Positions 1 through 17,695 are shown, counted from the stretch's first letter. The stretch: DNA of 64,000 nt from the human T2T-CHM13v2.0 reference genome, Homo sapiens (GCF_009914755.1 NC_060932.1), one strand, 5' to 3'. Notes: a model not told the origin generated them from the sequence alone. Program-made: numbers and translations.

Positions 1-1680
<1,680 letters not shown>

Positions 1681-1789
1681 GGAAAGAAAGAAAGAAAGAG
1701 AAAGAGAGGGAAAGGAAAGGAAAAAGAAAAGGAAAGGAAGAGAGGGAGGGAGCAGGAAGGAGGAGGAGGGAAGGAAGGACGGAAGGAAA

Positions 1790-3230
<1,441 letters not shown>

Positions 3231-3259
3231 AAATAATTAATTAATTTTTTATTAATTAT

Positions 3260-3737
<478 letters not shown>

Positions 3738-3754
3738 TAATTTTTGTATTTTTA

Positions 3755-4765
<1,011 letters not shown>

Positions 4766-4825
4766 GTATTTTGTTTTAAATTTCAGATTCTACTTGATGA
4801 TTGCTGGTATATGGGAAAGCAATTA

Positions 4826-5774
<949 letters not shown>

Positions 5775-6252
5775 TGTAAGATCAGCCGAGAGAAAGGAAA
5801 AATAGACCCAAAGTCAGGTGAGCAAGTTTTTATTAACCTGTCGGCTGCCCCCTTAATAGTCAAGGGAAGCAGCACCAAGCTTACAGAATGAGGGGTTTAT
5901 ATTGGGGAGGGAAGTTTGAGGGAGTTTTTTGGTATGGTTGCATCCCAGGGTTGTTTGCTGGTTAATTTTGCCACATATCACCTTGTGACATTTATTACAG
6001 GAGGGTGTAGTAAAGTTTGTTTGTGCTTCCCACAACCTCCCCCTGTGCGGTCTGGATGGTTTGTTATTGGGGTTTGCTTATCGCAGCAAGGTCTGATAAG
6101 TGAAGTCTGTTGGCTTCACCGTAGCGACTACATAAGGGCTTAGAAACGTAAAGAGGCTTGGGGAAGGGTGGGCGGCATGGAGAAGAATTGCAGAGCATTG
6201 GGGGAGGGGTGGGCAGCACAAAGAAGCTTTCTCGGGGCAGTTGTCCCTCTCA
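5775..6252 (-). repeat. 3' LTR of the provirus (478 bp)
   Basis: About 92% identical to 15555-16036 by hand alignment; minus-strand TATAAA (5896-5901) and AATAAA (5829-5834). Confidence 0.95.
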
Positions 6253-8034
6253 TGCCAGACTTTTAATAGGTAATGGAAGAGGGGTGCTGTTATCATCTGG
6301 CTGCTTCTTACTGGGAGAGGGCGACAGTTGTCGGGGAAGGCTGGACGGTAGGGACTGCTGTTCTTGGAGCCTCTGGTATTCCTGGAGCAGCATCATATTT
6401 TGTATTGTCCCGTGGGTGAAAGCGCTGATAGGGTCCTGTAAAAACTGGGTGAGAAGGCATAGGAGACAAGGGCTGAATGCTAGAAAAAGATGAATGGTTA
6501 TGGCTGGGCCTAGGACGGGCATTAGCCATGGAAACCAGCTACTAAAGGACTGGGAGGGCCACGCTGGCCATCGCAGGATGTTTTCTTTAATTTTTTGTGC
6601 TCGGTCCTTTATATTTTTACAGCATCTTATACTAAGCCAGATTGGTTAAGATAAAAGCAACACTGTTCATCTAGAAAAAGGCATAGTCCTTCTTTTTCGG
6701 CTGTGAGTAGGTGTAAGCCTCTGCGGTTTTGAAGAACCACCACCGCTAAAGAATCTATTTGTGATTGGAGAGTATTTGGCTATCTCTTCCAAGCTATCTG
6801 TGAGGTCTTTGGAGAGGGATTGGTAATAGGAAATGGAGATGGTTAATCCCATAATCCCAGTTCCAACTCCTGTAGTTATTCCAAGGGCTACTAATAGAGG
6901 TATGAATTGTATAGCACGGCAGTGTCGGATAGGGGTATTGGTAGGGGTTGGTCTCCTGGGCAACATTGATTTTTGGACTGAGGAAAACCAGGGTGCAGGT
7001 GCCCGTCCAGTTAGAAGGGAGGCAAATATAAGTTGAGGTACCACATAGGAAAAGTATACCTTAGCTTGGTAGACAGAACTGATTGTGTGTGCTAAAAAGA
7101 TGTATTATTTTGTTATTCTCATGCATCCATACTCCTAGGGTCCTGGCTAGGGCTGCTGGTGTAAGTGGTTGTAAAGGGGTGTTTGGTTTAGTCCGGGAGG
7201 CTTTTGGGTTCTTTTTCCTTGTGTAAAAGGAAGCATTTTGTGTCCACTAAGATCCATGTGGGAGTGTTGCTGAATGTTGGGATAAGGAGACAGTCGCAGG
7301 TGATGGGTGCAGGGATGGTGCATGGAGAGGGCAGCCAAGGGAAGAGGGATAAACAGGGGAAGTGTCAGCCATTACAGTACTCTGAATTTTTATTAAGGAG
7401 GTGGGAGGTGTCAAGGGCCAGGGGGGGCTAGAGAAATGAAGCCTGTCTTTATTGTTGGCAGCTTTGAGAGTAGTATGTTCAGTGGAAGGTTTGAGTCGTA
7501 GGGTATAGTTGCACAGTTTGGAATTCAGGTTGCCGAGGGGAATGCCAGAGGGTAGATGTCATTGGACGCCCAGTGGTGCTGCATAGGATAAGATTGTGTG
7601 GGTTGTTATGGCTCCTAATATGGGTTTATCATGGCTGTGGTAGGGGGATACGTTGCGTAAGTAGGGATGTAAGGTTGTAAGAGCCAGAACTCGCTAGCTA
7701 AGTTGGGGGAGATTTCTGTTAATGCCGGCATGTCGAGTTCGAGGCGGCTGTTAATGAGGATTTCGGGATGGTAGGTTACTTGGGTGGAAGTCCAGTTATA
7801 GGCTGAGGCAGGGATTGCATTGTATGTTGTGGAGAAGAGGGATACGCAGAGCCAGCAGTCTCTTGCCAGGGAGGAATTGGAGTTTTTTAGTAAGGAGTGT
7901 GTGAGACTAAGTGTTCTGTATAGGTGTTCAGGGGTTATAGGTATTGGTTGGGCTGAAAGAAGGGTTGGGGTATTGATTCTGAGATGGGTTAGAAAGGAAG
8001 AGAGTGAGCAGAAAAGTAAATAGTTCGGTTTCAC
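6250..8034 (-). pseudogene. env: env remnant (gamma-type, HERV-H-like SU/TM), broken by frameshifts and stops
   Basis: SU LSLTHSLLKNSNSSLARDCWLC (CWLC 7846-7857); cleavage site RHCR (6916-6927) followed by fusion peptide AIQFIPLLVALGITTGVGTG; [20 protein letters not shown] (6684-6734) then CLFLDEQCC (CX6CC); TAA at 6627-6629; TM anchor in ORF 6250..6522. Confidence 0.92.
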
Positions 8035-8187
8035 CAGAGTGAAGCCATAGAGAGCCTTGGAAGAAAAGGTCGGTTATCCACTCAAAAAAGGCTTCCAGGG
8101 TGTTGTTCCATGGGCGGAACTAGGAAATATCTTGTGAGAGGGAGTGAGGAAGAGAGTGAAGCAGCAGGATAGACAAAAGCAGGGCAT

Positions 8188-8367
8188 CTAGGGAGGATGT
8201 GGGAATGTTTGTTTGTTAGTGATTGTGATTCCTGCTATACGGATAACAATTAGGCAGAAGGCTAAAGTGAGGGAGGGTTTTTGGCTGGTATTCCAATCGA
8301 AAGGAATTGCACTATACAGGGTAAGTACTATAATGCCTGCAATTAAGGTGTAATAGAGTGTTTCCAT
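8188..8367 (-). CDS. Intact 59-aa hydrophobic ORF between pol and env (putative accessory peptide or detached env leader)
   Basis: Hand translation from ATG at 8367: METLYYTLIAGIIVLTLYSAIPFDWNTSQKPSLTLAFCLIVIRIAGITITNKQTFPHPP*, TAG at 8188-8190; first ATG after the pol stop; expression unknown. Confidence 0.4.
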   Translation of the reverse strand: METLYYTLIAGIIVLTLYSAIPFDWNTSQKPSLTLAFCLIVIRIAGITITNKQTFPHPP

Positions 8368-10272
8368 TAAAGGAGGCTAGTTGTAATAGTAGTTTAAACC
8401 TGTTTGAGATGGATGGATTTACTGATGTGAAGTTTCTTCTGGGATGGATGTGAGGCAGACTCAGTTTGGCCCGAGGAATGTGCTGGAATACCGATTAGAA
8501 GTTGGTGAAGTGCAGGTCAGTAGATTGGAGGTGGGAGCTCTCTTTAACCTGGAAAGGTGATACCAGGAGGTATGTCCTGAGAGTTTGGCTGCAGTAGGGG
8601 TTGTAAGGATGACCTGGAAAGTGCCTTCCCCTTTTGGTTAAAGGCTGGTTGGGTTAAGGGCTTTTAGGAAAACATGTTCTCCTGGTAGGAGGCTGTGGTC
8701 AGTGGGGAGTTTATTCAGTTTTGGGAGGGCCTGGTCTGCCTGTTTGCGGAGGAGATGGCAGATGAGGGAGAGTGTTGGGAGGTATTCTCCTAATTGAAAA
8801 TCAGAAGGAGGCCTGTTTTGTAAGAGGAAAGGGCATCCATACATTAATTCAAATGGGCTGAGGAAGGAGGGTGCTTTTGGGTTGGCTCTGATGCGGGCTA
8901 GAGCTATGGGTAGGAGGGAAGTCCAGGGCCTCTGGACTTCTAGAGTGAGTTTGGTCAACTGAGTTTTAAGGATTCCATTTGCCCTTTTGACTTTTCCTAA
9001 TGACTGGGGTCAATATGGGATATGGAGGCACCAGTGGACGCCAAGGGGCTGGGAGACCTGTTGGGTGATTTGGGAAATGAAGGCAGGGCCATTGTCTGAT
9101 TGAATGGAGCAAGGGAGACTAAACCTAGGGATGATTTCTGTGATGAGGATCTGGGAGACTACTGCGGCTTTTTCTGAAGAGGTAGGAAATGCCTCCACCC
9201 ACCCAGAGAAGGTGTCTATAAGAGTGAGAAGGAATCTTGTGTTTTTGACAGGAGGCATGTGGGTGAAGTCTATTTGCCAGTGTTCCCCTGGGAGTATTCC
9301 TCTTAGCTGGTGTGCAGGAATAGATGGGGAATGGAGGGCTCCTTGAGAGGAGGTGACAGAGCATATATGACAATTTGAAGTTATGTTTTTTAGTGAGGTG
9401 AATAGGTGAGGGAAGAAGAAATATGGGTGGAGGAGGAGATACAGGGGACATGCACCAGTATGGAAGGATTGGTGGAGGGATGTCAGGATTTTGTCGGTTT
9501 GTCCCTGGGGAAGAACTAGCTTCTGGTCCTTAACTAGGCAGTCCCCCTGGAGGAAGGTTCCTTGTTGCAGTAATAAGGCCTTCTCAGTAGGGGAGTATTG
9601 AGGTTGGATTGCAGGGGTAATGAGGAGGAGGGAGGCAGGAGCGGAAGAAAGGGAGGCTTCTTTTGCTGCCTCATCAGCCTCTATGTTCCCTCCTGAGATT
9701 TTATCTGTCCCATTTGATGTCCCTGACAGTGTATAACTCCTGCCTCAGTTGGGAGATGTAAGCCTAGTAAGTCTGAGTAATCCTAGTGGCCTGAAGGAGT
9801 TGGTAAATAAGGGAGCCGTTAGTGATAGGGGTCCCTTTGGCAGTGAGAAATCCCGTCTCTTGCCAGATGGTGGCGTGGGAATGAAGAATGTGATAGGCAT
9901 ATTTGGAGTCTGTGTAAATATTGACTCGTCTGCCTTTGGAAACGGTTAGGGCTCTGTTGAGAGCTATGAGTTCAGCTTTTTGAGAGGAGGTTCCTGGAGG
10001 TAGGGGCTTAGCTTCAGTTACTTGGTCAAGGGAAACAACTGCATACCCAGCAATTTTGGGGGAGCAAGTGGGACAGGAAGAGGAGCCATCTATAAATAGC
10101 TGGTCGTCAGGGTTGGTGAGAGGCTTGGAGGAAATGTTGGGAAAGTATGGCTGCAGGTGATCTTGGATGTCAGTGCAAGAATGAGTAGGAGGGGAAGAAG
10201 ATACAGGGAGTAAGGATGCTGGGTGAGGTGAGCACTTTTGGCGAGACTGAATTTGGGATTTTTGATAAAGAG

Positions 10273-11430
10273 TATCGGGGGAACCAGCCCCCGATATTTC
10301 AATGTAGGTTCTTTCTATTTTCCCTAAGTGTCGGCTGGTCTGAGAAATAAAGTGAAAGAGTACAAAGAGAGAAATTTTACAGCTGGGCCTCCGGGGGTGT
10401 CATCACATATTGGTAGAACACAGTGATGGCAACCCCGAGCCACAAAACCAGCAAGTTTTTATTAGGGATTTTAAAAGGGGAAGGGGTGTATGAACAGGGA
10501 GTAAGTCACAAAGATCACGTGCTTCAGAGGGCAATAAAGGTCACAAGGCAAGGCAAAATTAGAATTACTGATGAGGGCCTATGTCCCGCTGTTCATACAT
10601 TGTCTTGATAAACATCTTAACAGGAAACAGGGTTCGAGAGCAGACAACCGGTCTGACTAGAATTTACCAGGCTGGAATTTCCCAATCCTAGTAAGCCTGA
10701 GGGTACTGCAGGAGACCAGGGTGTATTTCAGTCCTTATCTCAATCGCATAAGACAGACACTCCCAGAGCAGCCATCTATAGACCTACCCCCAGGAATGCA
10801 TTCCTTCCCCAGGGTCTCAATTATTAATATTTCTTGCTGGGAAAAGAATTCGGCAATAATTCTCCTACTCATATGTCCGTCTAGAGGCTCTCTGCAAGAA
10901 GAAAAATATGGCTCTGTTCTGCCCGACCCCACAGGCAGTTAGACCTTATGGTTATCTTTCCTTGTTCCCTGAAAATCACTGTTATTCTGTTCTTTTTCAG
11001 GGTGTGCTGATTTCATATTATTCAACACACATATTTTACAATCAATTTGTACAATAGTGGTCCTGAGGTGACATACATTCTCAGCTTATGAAGATAACAG
11101 GAATAAGAGATTAAAGTAAAGACAGGCATAAGAAATTATGAGTATTGATTGGGGAAGTGATAAATGTCCATGAAATCTTCACAATTTATGTTCAGAGACT
11201 GCAGTAAAGACAGGCATAAGAAATTATAAAAGTATTAATTTTGAGAACTGATAAATGTCCATGAAATCTTCACAATTTATGTTCAGAGACTGCAGTAAAG
11301 ACAGGCATAAGAAATTATAAAAGTATTAATTTTAGGAACTGATAAATGTCCACGAAATCTTTACAATTTATGTTCTTCTGCCTTGGCTCCAGTCAGTCCC
11401 TCCATTCAGGGTCCCTGACTTCCCGTAACA
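10273..11430 (-). mobile_element. MER11 solo LTR (HML-8/HERV-K11, class II) inserted into pol
   Basis: Minus strand starts TGTTACGGGAAGTCAGGGACCCTGAATGGAGGGAC and ends GGCTGGTTCCCCCGATA; 6-bp TSD AAAGAG at 10267-10272 and 11431-11436. Confidence 0.9.
11116..11375. repeat. ~90-bp tandem repeat, about 3 copies, within MER11
   Basis: GTAAAGACAGGCATAAGAAATTAT...GATAAATGTCCATGAAATCTTCACAATTTATGTTC units start at 11116, 11204 and 11295. Confidence 0.9.
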
Positions 11431-11739
11431 AAAGAGGGCATGAAGTAACTGAATCTGGGAAGGAGGAAGGGAGCCTAATTCTCGGGAGGAGAGGAGATCC
11501 TGTAGATTATGAGGACTATAGATGGTGGTATTTTGACTAAATGTTAGTTTCCTGCTTTCTAGAGCTAAAGCGGCTGCTGCTGCTAGCGCTCTAAGACAGG
11601 TTGGCCATCCTCCGACTGTGTTGCCTAATTGTTTAGAGAGGTAGGCTACAGGGGCAAAGGAAGGAGGGTCTCCTTTCTGTTGCCCTAAGACACCAAGGGC
11701 TATTCCTCAGCTTTCAGCAGTATAGAGAGTGAAAGGTTG

Positions 11740-12064
<325 letters not shown>

Positions 12065-13471
12065 TCAGGTAAGGACAGAGCTGGTGCAGTGACAAGAGCA
12101 GTTTGAAGTTTGCGGAAGATGGGGAATATGTTATGTGAGGGATTTAGGGGCTCATTGAGGGGGCCTTTGGCTGCTTCATACAGGGGGTGAGCTAGGAGGG
12201 CAAAGTTGGGAATCCATATTCTAAAAAAGCCCGCTAGTCCTAGGAAGGAAAGGAGTTTCCTTTTGGTGGGGCGGGGGCAGATTATCTATTAGTGCCTCTT
12301 GGGCAGGGTCATAGCCTGGTCCCCAGAGGAAAGTTGAACTCTTAGGTAAGTTACTACGGAGCTGGAAAATTGAGCTTTGGAGGGGGAGACTCTATACCCT
12401 TTGGTGGCAAGAAAGTTTAAGAGAGAGACTGTGTGGGTTTGAGAGTCTTCTAGAGAGGGGCTGCAAAGGAGAAGTTCGTCCACGTAATGAAGAAGACAGC
12501 TGGGGGAAAGGTTTAAGGAGGTGAGATTTCAAGCTAAAACTTGTCTAAAGAAATGAGGGCTATCTCTGAAGACTTGAGGGAGGACAGTCCAGGTGAGTTG
12601 TTGTGACTGGAGGGTGTCAGGGTCAGTCCAGGTAAAAGCAAAGAGGTTTTGGGAATCAGGGTGAAGGGGAATAGTTAAAAAGGCATCTTTCAGGTCAATA
12701 GCAGTGTAGTGGGTAGTGTTGGAGGGAATGAAAGAGAGAAGTGTATAGGGGTTAGGGACTATGGGATGAATAGGAAGGATGGCCTGATTGATGGCTTGGA
12801 GGTCTTGGATGAGTTGGTATGAGCCATCTGATATTTTAACCAAGAGGATGGGGGTGTTATATGGAAAATGTGTTGGCCTAAGAAGACTGCGTGAGCAGAG
12901 CTTGTGACTGGCTGTGAGCCTTTTTGGTGGGTTAGGGAGATGGGATATTGGGGGGACATTGAGAAATTTAGAGGGGTCTTTTAACTGGATTTTGATGGGG
13001 TCACGGTGAGCAGCTAGGGAAGGGGTGGTGGTGTCCCATACTATTGGGTTTACAAGAGAGGTGGGAAGTGGGTACTGGGGAGAGGGCTCAGGGGCCAGAC
13101 TAGCGCAAAGGAGTAGGAGGGACTCTGGTTGAGGAAGGCAGAAAAAGGTGATAGAATCTTTGAATTTGGCTAAAAGGTCTTGGCCTAGGATGGGGGGTAG
13201 GGCAATGAGGCATGATAAGGAAAGAGTGTGAGAAAACAGTATCAAACAGAGAGCAAGTAAGGGGTCTGGTGGCGCGTGGACTAACATGAGATGAGTCCGT
13301 CAAGCCCCACAACTGAGATCTGGGAGGCATGAGTGGGTCCTGAAAATTCAGGCAAAGCCCAGTAGGTGGCCCCGCTATCGATTAAAAAAGAGATCGGCTT
13401 ACCTGCTACCAGTAGAGTTACACTGGGCTCCATGCAGTGATGGCAGTGGGGGCCAGGGGCCCTGGGCCTTG

Positions 13472-15083
13472 TCAGTCTTCAGTGGCTAGGCCGAGGAGCT
13501 GTGGGAGTGCAAGCAATTCTTCACTTTTTGTCTTGCTGAAGGGGTGGTGGCTCTGAGGAGCAGGCTTGTCTGTCCGTTTGCTGAGAGGACAGAGGGACTT
13601 CCAGTGGCCTGTCTGCTGGCAGACTGGGCAAGGGCTCTTTGGTACTCGAGGGTTAGGACATGCCCATGCCCAGTGGCCTTCTTTGCCACACTTAAAACAA
13701 GGCCCAGGAGGTTTGCTGCTATCAGGTCTTTGTGCCCTTGGGTAATATGGCTGGGTTGATGGATAGCCGCTGCTAGAAGTTGGTATTTAGCACGATCTCT
13801 TTGGGCTTTCTCTAATTTATTTTGCTCATCCCTGCTATTAAAGACTTTGAAAGCCAGGTTAAGGAGGTCTTGTTGTGGGGTTTGAGGGCCATCTTCAGCC
13901 TTTTTAAATATGCGCTGGATGTCGGGGGCAGATTGGGGAAAAAATGGGTGTTAAGAACAATAGTTCCTTCCTGGGAGGCAGGATTGACATGGGTATATTT
14001 TTGGAGAGCCTCTATAAGGCGAGAAAGGAATTGGGCAGGGTTTTCATCGGCCTTTTGGGAGGTTTCTTTGAGTTTTTCGAAATGTACACCCTTATGGGCA
14101 GTTTTGTTAAGGCCTGCAATGAGGCAAGTAATCATATGATTACGGGAGGCCCGGCTGGTGTCTGGGGGTTAATATTCCCAGGTAGGCTCTTCCCAGGGGG
14201 ACTGCAGCGGCCCCTACTGGCCAGTAAAATCTTGCCAATGGAAGTCATCCGCATGGGCCTGGGCTGCAAGTCACATTGTTTCCTTCTCATCCAGAAGGAG
14301 GGTAGAATACAGAATAATATAGAGATCATGCCAAGTAAGTTCATAAGTCTGGGTGAGATATTTAAATTCTTTCATATAAGTGTCGGGATGGGAGGACAAG
14401 GACCCCAGACGTTCCTCAGTTTGGGAGAAATCAGAGAGGGAAAAGGGGACGTGGACACAGACAATCCCTTTGGCCCCTGCCACTTCCCGGAGAGGAAGCA
14501 AGGGAGCGGGCTGCTGGGCATGCTGGGCTCGAGGACGAGTAAGGGGTGGAGACGGGGAGGACTCAGAGTAGGAGGCGGGATGGTTGGAGAGACGGAGGTA
14601 GAGCCGGAGTGGAGGCATACGGTGGGGGGGTCATGCTGTTCTGGTGGAGGATTAGGATGTTGTCAAGGAGGGGAAAAATCAGTGGGATCAAAGGAGGCGA
14701 AGTCATCGGCTGGGGCTATTGGGGTGAGGGGAGCAGGAGGCGAGTGGAGTTTGGAGCGGGCGAGGATAATTTGAAAAGTAGAGCAAGACTGGCAGAGGGA
14801 AGGATGACTACAGAGAGTAAAGAAAGCCAGAACATAAGGAATCTCAGACCACTTCCCATTGCGGTGACAAAAGTTGTCTTAAGTCTCTGAGCACGTTGGA
14901 ATCGAAAGTGCCATTTTCGGACCATTGGGAGTCATGGTCTAATTTGTATTGAGGTCACGCGGTATTACAGTAAAAGATAAGCCTTTTAGGGCAGATTTCT
15001 GAACGGAGGCCAAGAGTATTGAGATTGCATAGGAGGCACCCAAGGCAGGTAGTTTTAGAAGGAGCAGACTGAAAGGCTCCTAT
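13472..15083 (-). pseudogene. gag: gag remnant (MA-CA-NC) with dead start codon
   Basis: Start ATG mutated to ATA at 15081-15083, then GAFQSAPSKTTCLGCLL...RLIFYCNTA*PQYKLD; PLREVAG motif; MHR-like SQKADENPAQFLSRLIEAL; NC CFKCGKEGHWAWAC and CPVCQQTGHWKSLC (13589-13699); ends LLGLATED-TGA (13472-13474). Confidence 0.92.
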
Positions 15084-15329
15084 TATGAATGGAAGTAGGG
15101 GCGCACGTAGAAGAAGAAGAGACTGCCGGTGACAAGGACGTGGAAGAGGGCGTTCCCTTTCCTGGGGAACTTGTCTGGAATAGAGAAGGTAACCGCCGTG
15201 TCAGGTGTCCCTGACACAGAGGAACCAGAAGCCTGGAGGCCGGAGGAAGCCCTTGACCCAGGGCTGGGTCTTTTGGAAACTGAGAGACAGGCGGTCAAGG
15301 GTTTCGGAGAACAGCAACAGTCTCTTTTT

Positions 15330-15337
15330 ACTCACCC
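15330..15337 (-). promoter_or_regulatory. Probable major proviral splice donor (GG|GTGAGT)
   Basis: Consensus 5' splice site in the leader about 200 nt downstream of the PBS and upstream of gag. Confidence 0.55.
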
Positions 15338-15533
15338 TGGCGGAGGCTTTGATGGTGGATGAAGTCGTCAGCAGTGGGAGAGTCTAGGAGATTCTCTGGG
15401 ACTTCGGCAGGTTCAGGGAAGGGGAGAGACTGGCCAGGAGATAGGTGATAGGGGAGGGAGGGGGAGAGAGAGAGAGAAAGAGAGAGTGAGAGAGAGAGAG
15501 ACAGAGAGCGAGAGCCGGCCAGAGTCTATCCCC

Positions 15534-15551
15534 TTCCCGGTTTCGGCACCA
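15534..15551 (-). promoter_or_regulatory. Primer binding site complementary to tRNA-Phe
   Basis: Minus strand TGGTGCCGAAACCGGGAA, 3 nt after the 5' LTR; matches the tRNA-Phe PBS TGGTGCCGAAACCCGGGA with one C deleted. Confidence 0.9.
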
Positions 15552-15554
15552 GAA

Positions 15555-16036
15555 TGTAAGGTCAGCCAAGAGAAAGGAAAAATAGACCCAAAGTCAGGCG
15601 AGCAAGTTTTTATTAACCTGCCGGCTGACCCCTTAACAGTCAAGGGAAGCAGCACCAAGCTTACAGAATGAGGGGTTTATATTGGGGAAAGTAGCTTGAG
15701 GGAGTTCTTTGGTATGGCCGCATCCTGGGGTTGTTTGCTGGTTAATTTTGCCACATATCACCTTGTGACGTTTATTACAGGAGGGTGTAGGTAAAGTTTG
15801 TTTATGCTTCCCACAACCTTCCCCTATGCGGTCTGAGTGGTTTGTAATTGGGGTTTGCTTATCGCAGCAAGGTCTGATAAGTGAAAGTCGGCTGGCTTCA
15901 CCATGGCCCTTGATAAGGGCTTAGAAATGTAAAGAGACTTGGGGAAGGGTGGGTGGCACAGAGAAGAGTTGCAGAGCATTAGGGGGAGGGGTGGGCAGCA
16001 CCAAAGAAGCTTTCTTTGGGCAGTTTGTCCCTAACA
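15555..16036 (-). repeat. 5' LTR of the provirus (482 bp); promoter faces away from UBE2V2
   Basis: TGTTAGGG...CCTTACA on the minus strand; TATAAA at 15676-15681; adjacent PBS. Confidence 0.95.
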
Positions 16037-16140
16037 ATATCCAAGGACTGAGAACTGAGGAGAGCAAAGATCACCTGGTGGCTATCAAGTGGACCATCCA
16101 GAGGCAATACTCCTTATCTGAGGAATTCATAAGTAATTAG

Positions 16141-16446
<306 letters not shown>

Positions 16447-16514
16447 AGACTTCCCTATTATCTAAAGCCAGCATCTGGTACCAAGCTTCTTTACAAAAAA
16501 CTTATAAGTAAGTA

Positions 16515-16963
16515 TGTAGCAGGATGAGCCACAGACAAAACTCCTCAGACACTGGGTTAAAGAAGGAAGGAGCTTTATACGGTCGGGAGCATCGGCAGAC
16601 TCACGTCTCAAAAACCGAGCTCCCCGATTGAGCAATTCCTGTCCCTTTTAAGGGCTGACAACTCTAAGGGGGTCCACATGAAAGGGTTGTGATCGATTGA
16701 GCAAGCAGGGGGCTTGCATGCACCAGTAATCAGAATGGAACAGAACAGGACAGGGATTTTCACAATGCTTTTCCATACAATGTTTGGAATCTATAGATAA
16801 CATAACCGGTTAGGTCAGGGGTTGATCTTTAACTACCAGGCCCAGGCCATGGCACCAGGCTGTCTGCCTGTGGATTTCATTTCTGCCTTTTAGTTTTTAC
16901 ATCTTCTTTCTTTGGAGGCAGAAATTGGGCATAAGACAATATGAGGGGTGGTCTCCTCCCTTA
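16515..16963 (-). mobile_element. LTR2 solo LTR (HERV-E/Harlequin family)
   Basis: Minus strand begins TAAGGGAGGAGACCACCCCTCATATTGTCTTATGCCCAATTTCTGCCTCCAAAG (recalled LTR2 start) and ends CCTGCTACA; 4-bp TSD AGTA/ACTA with one mismatch. Confidence 0.85.
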
Positions 16964-17325
16964 ACTAGAATTTCTATACGTCTCTGGAATGTATGCATGT
17001 TGAAACTCATTGTGCAACCCTTGCTGACATCATGGCACCAAAATGTCTACAGATGTAATCACTTATCATGACATGTGTGGCTAAGATGGTCCAAATTATC
17101 CTTAGTCTCCCACTTTAAGGTCCATAAATACTCCTAAGTAAAATCCACTGTGCAGCTCAGTCCTCTCTTGCCGAAGCGCCCTGTTGCAGTCTGCTGCAAT
17201 GTGTTATCTAATATAACTTTCCTTTTCAAACCTAAACTGTTGTTGGTAAATTATTTTACCACCTGCAAGCCAACCACTCTCTGCTGCTGGGGCTCTGATA
17301 AGGCCACTAAGAACTAGTCCTCAAT

Positions 17326-17645
<320 letters not shown>

Positions 17646-17695
17646 TCAATACTATGAATTCATGTAGAAGAGGAAGACTCAGAATAAATGGCAAG

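Noticed and set aside
6250-8034. env as a domesticated syncytin- or suppressyn-like gene
   Set aside because: Several frameshifts, a stop at 6627-6629, a degenerate cleavage site and no ATG on the 139-aa SU fragment
11116-11375. Regularly spaced repeats resembling a CRISPR array
   Set aside because: Head-to-tail tandem units with no unique spacers, inside a MER11 LTR in a primate genome
12529-13287. 252-aa RT-containing ORF as an active enzyme
   Set aside because: Frameshifted internally, LPQG changed to LPQV, stops before the catalytic motif, which is itself YVDE
14950-15083. APOBEC3 hypermutation (ATG to ATA, TGG to TGA in gag)
   Set aside because: Too few events; most Trp codons elsewhere in the provirus are intact
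15534-15551. tRNA-Phe-like sequence on the + strand
   Set aside because: Only the 3' 17-18 nt match; it is the retroviral PBS, not a tRNA gene
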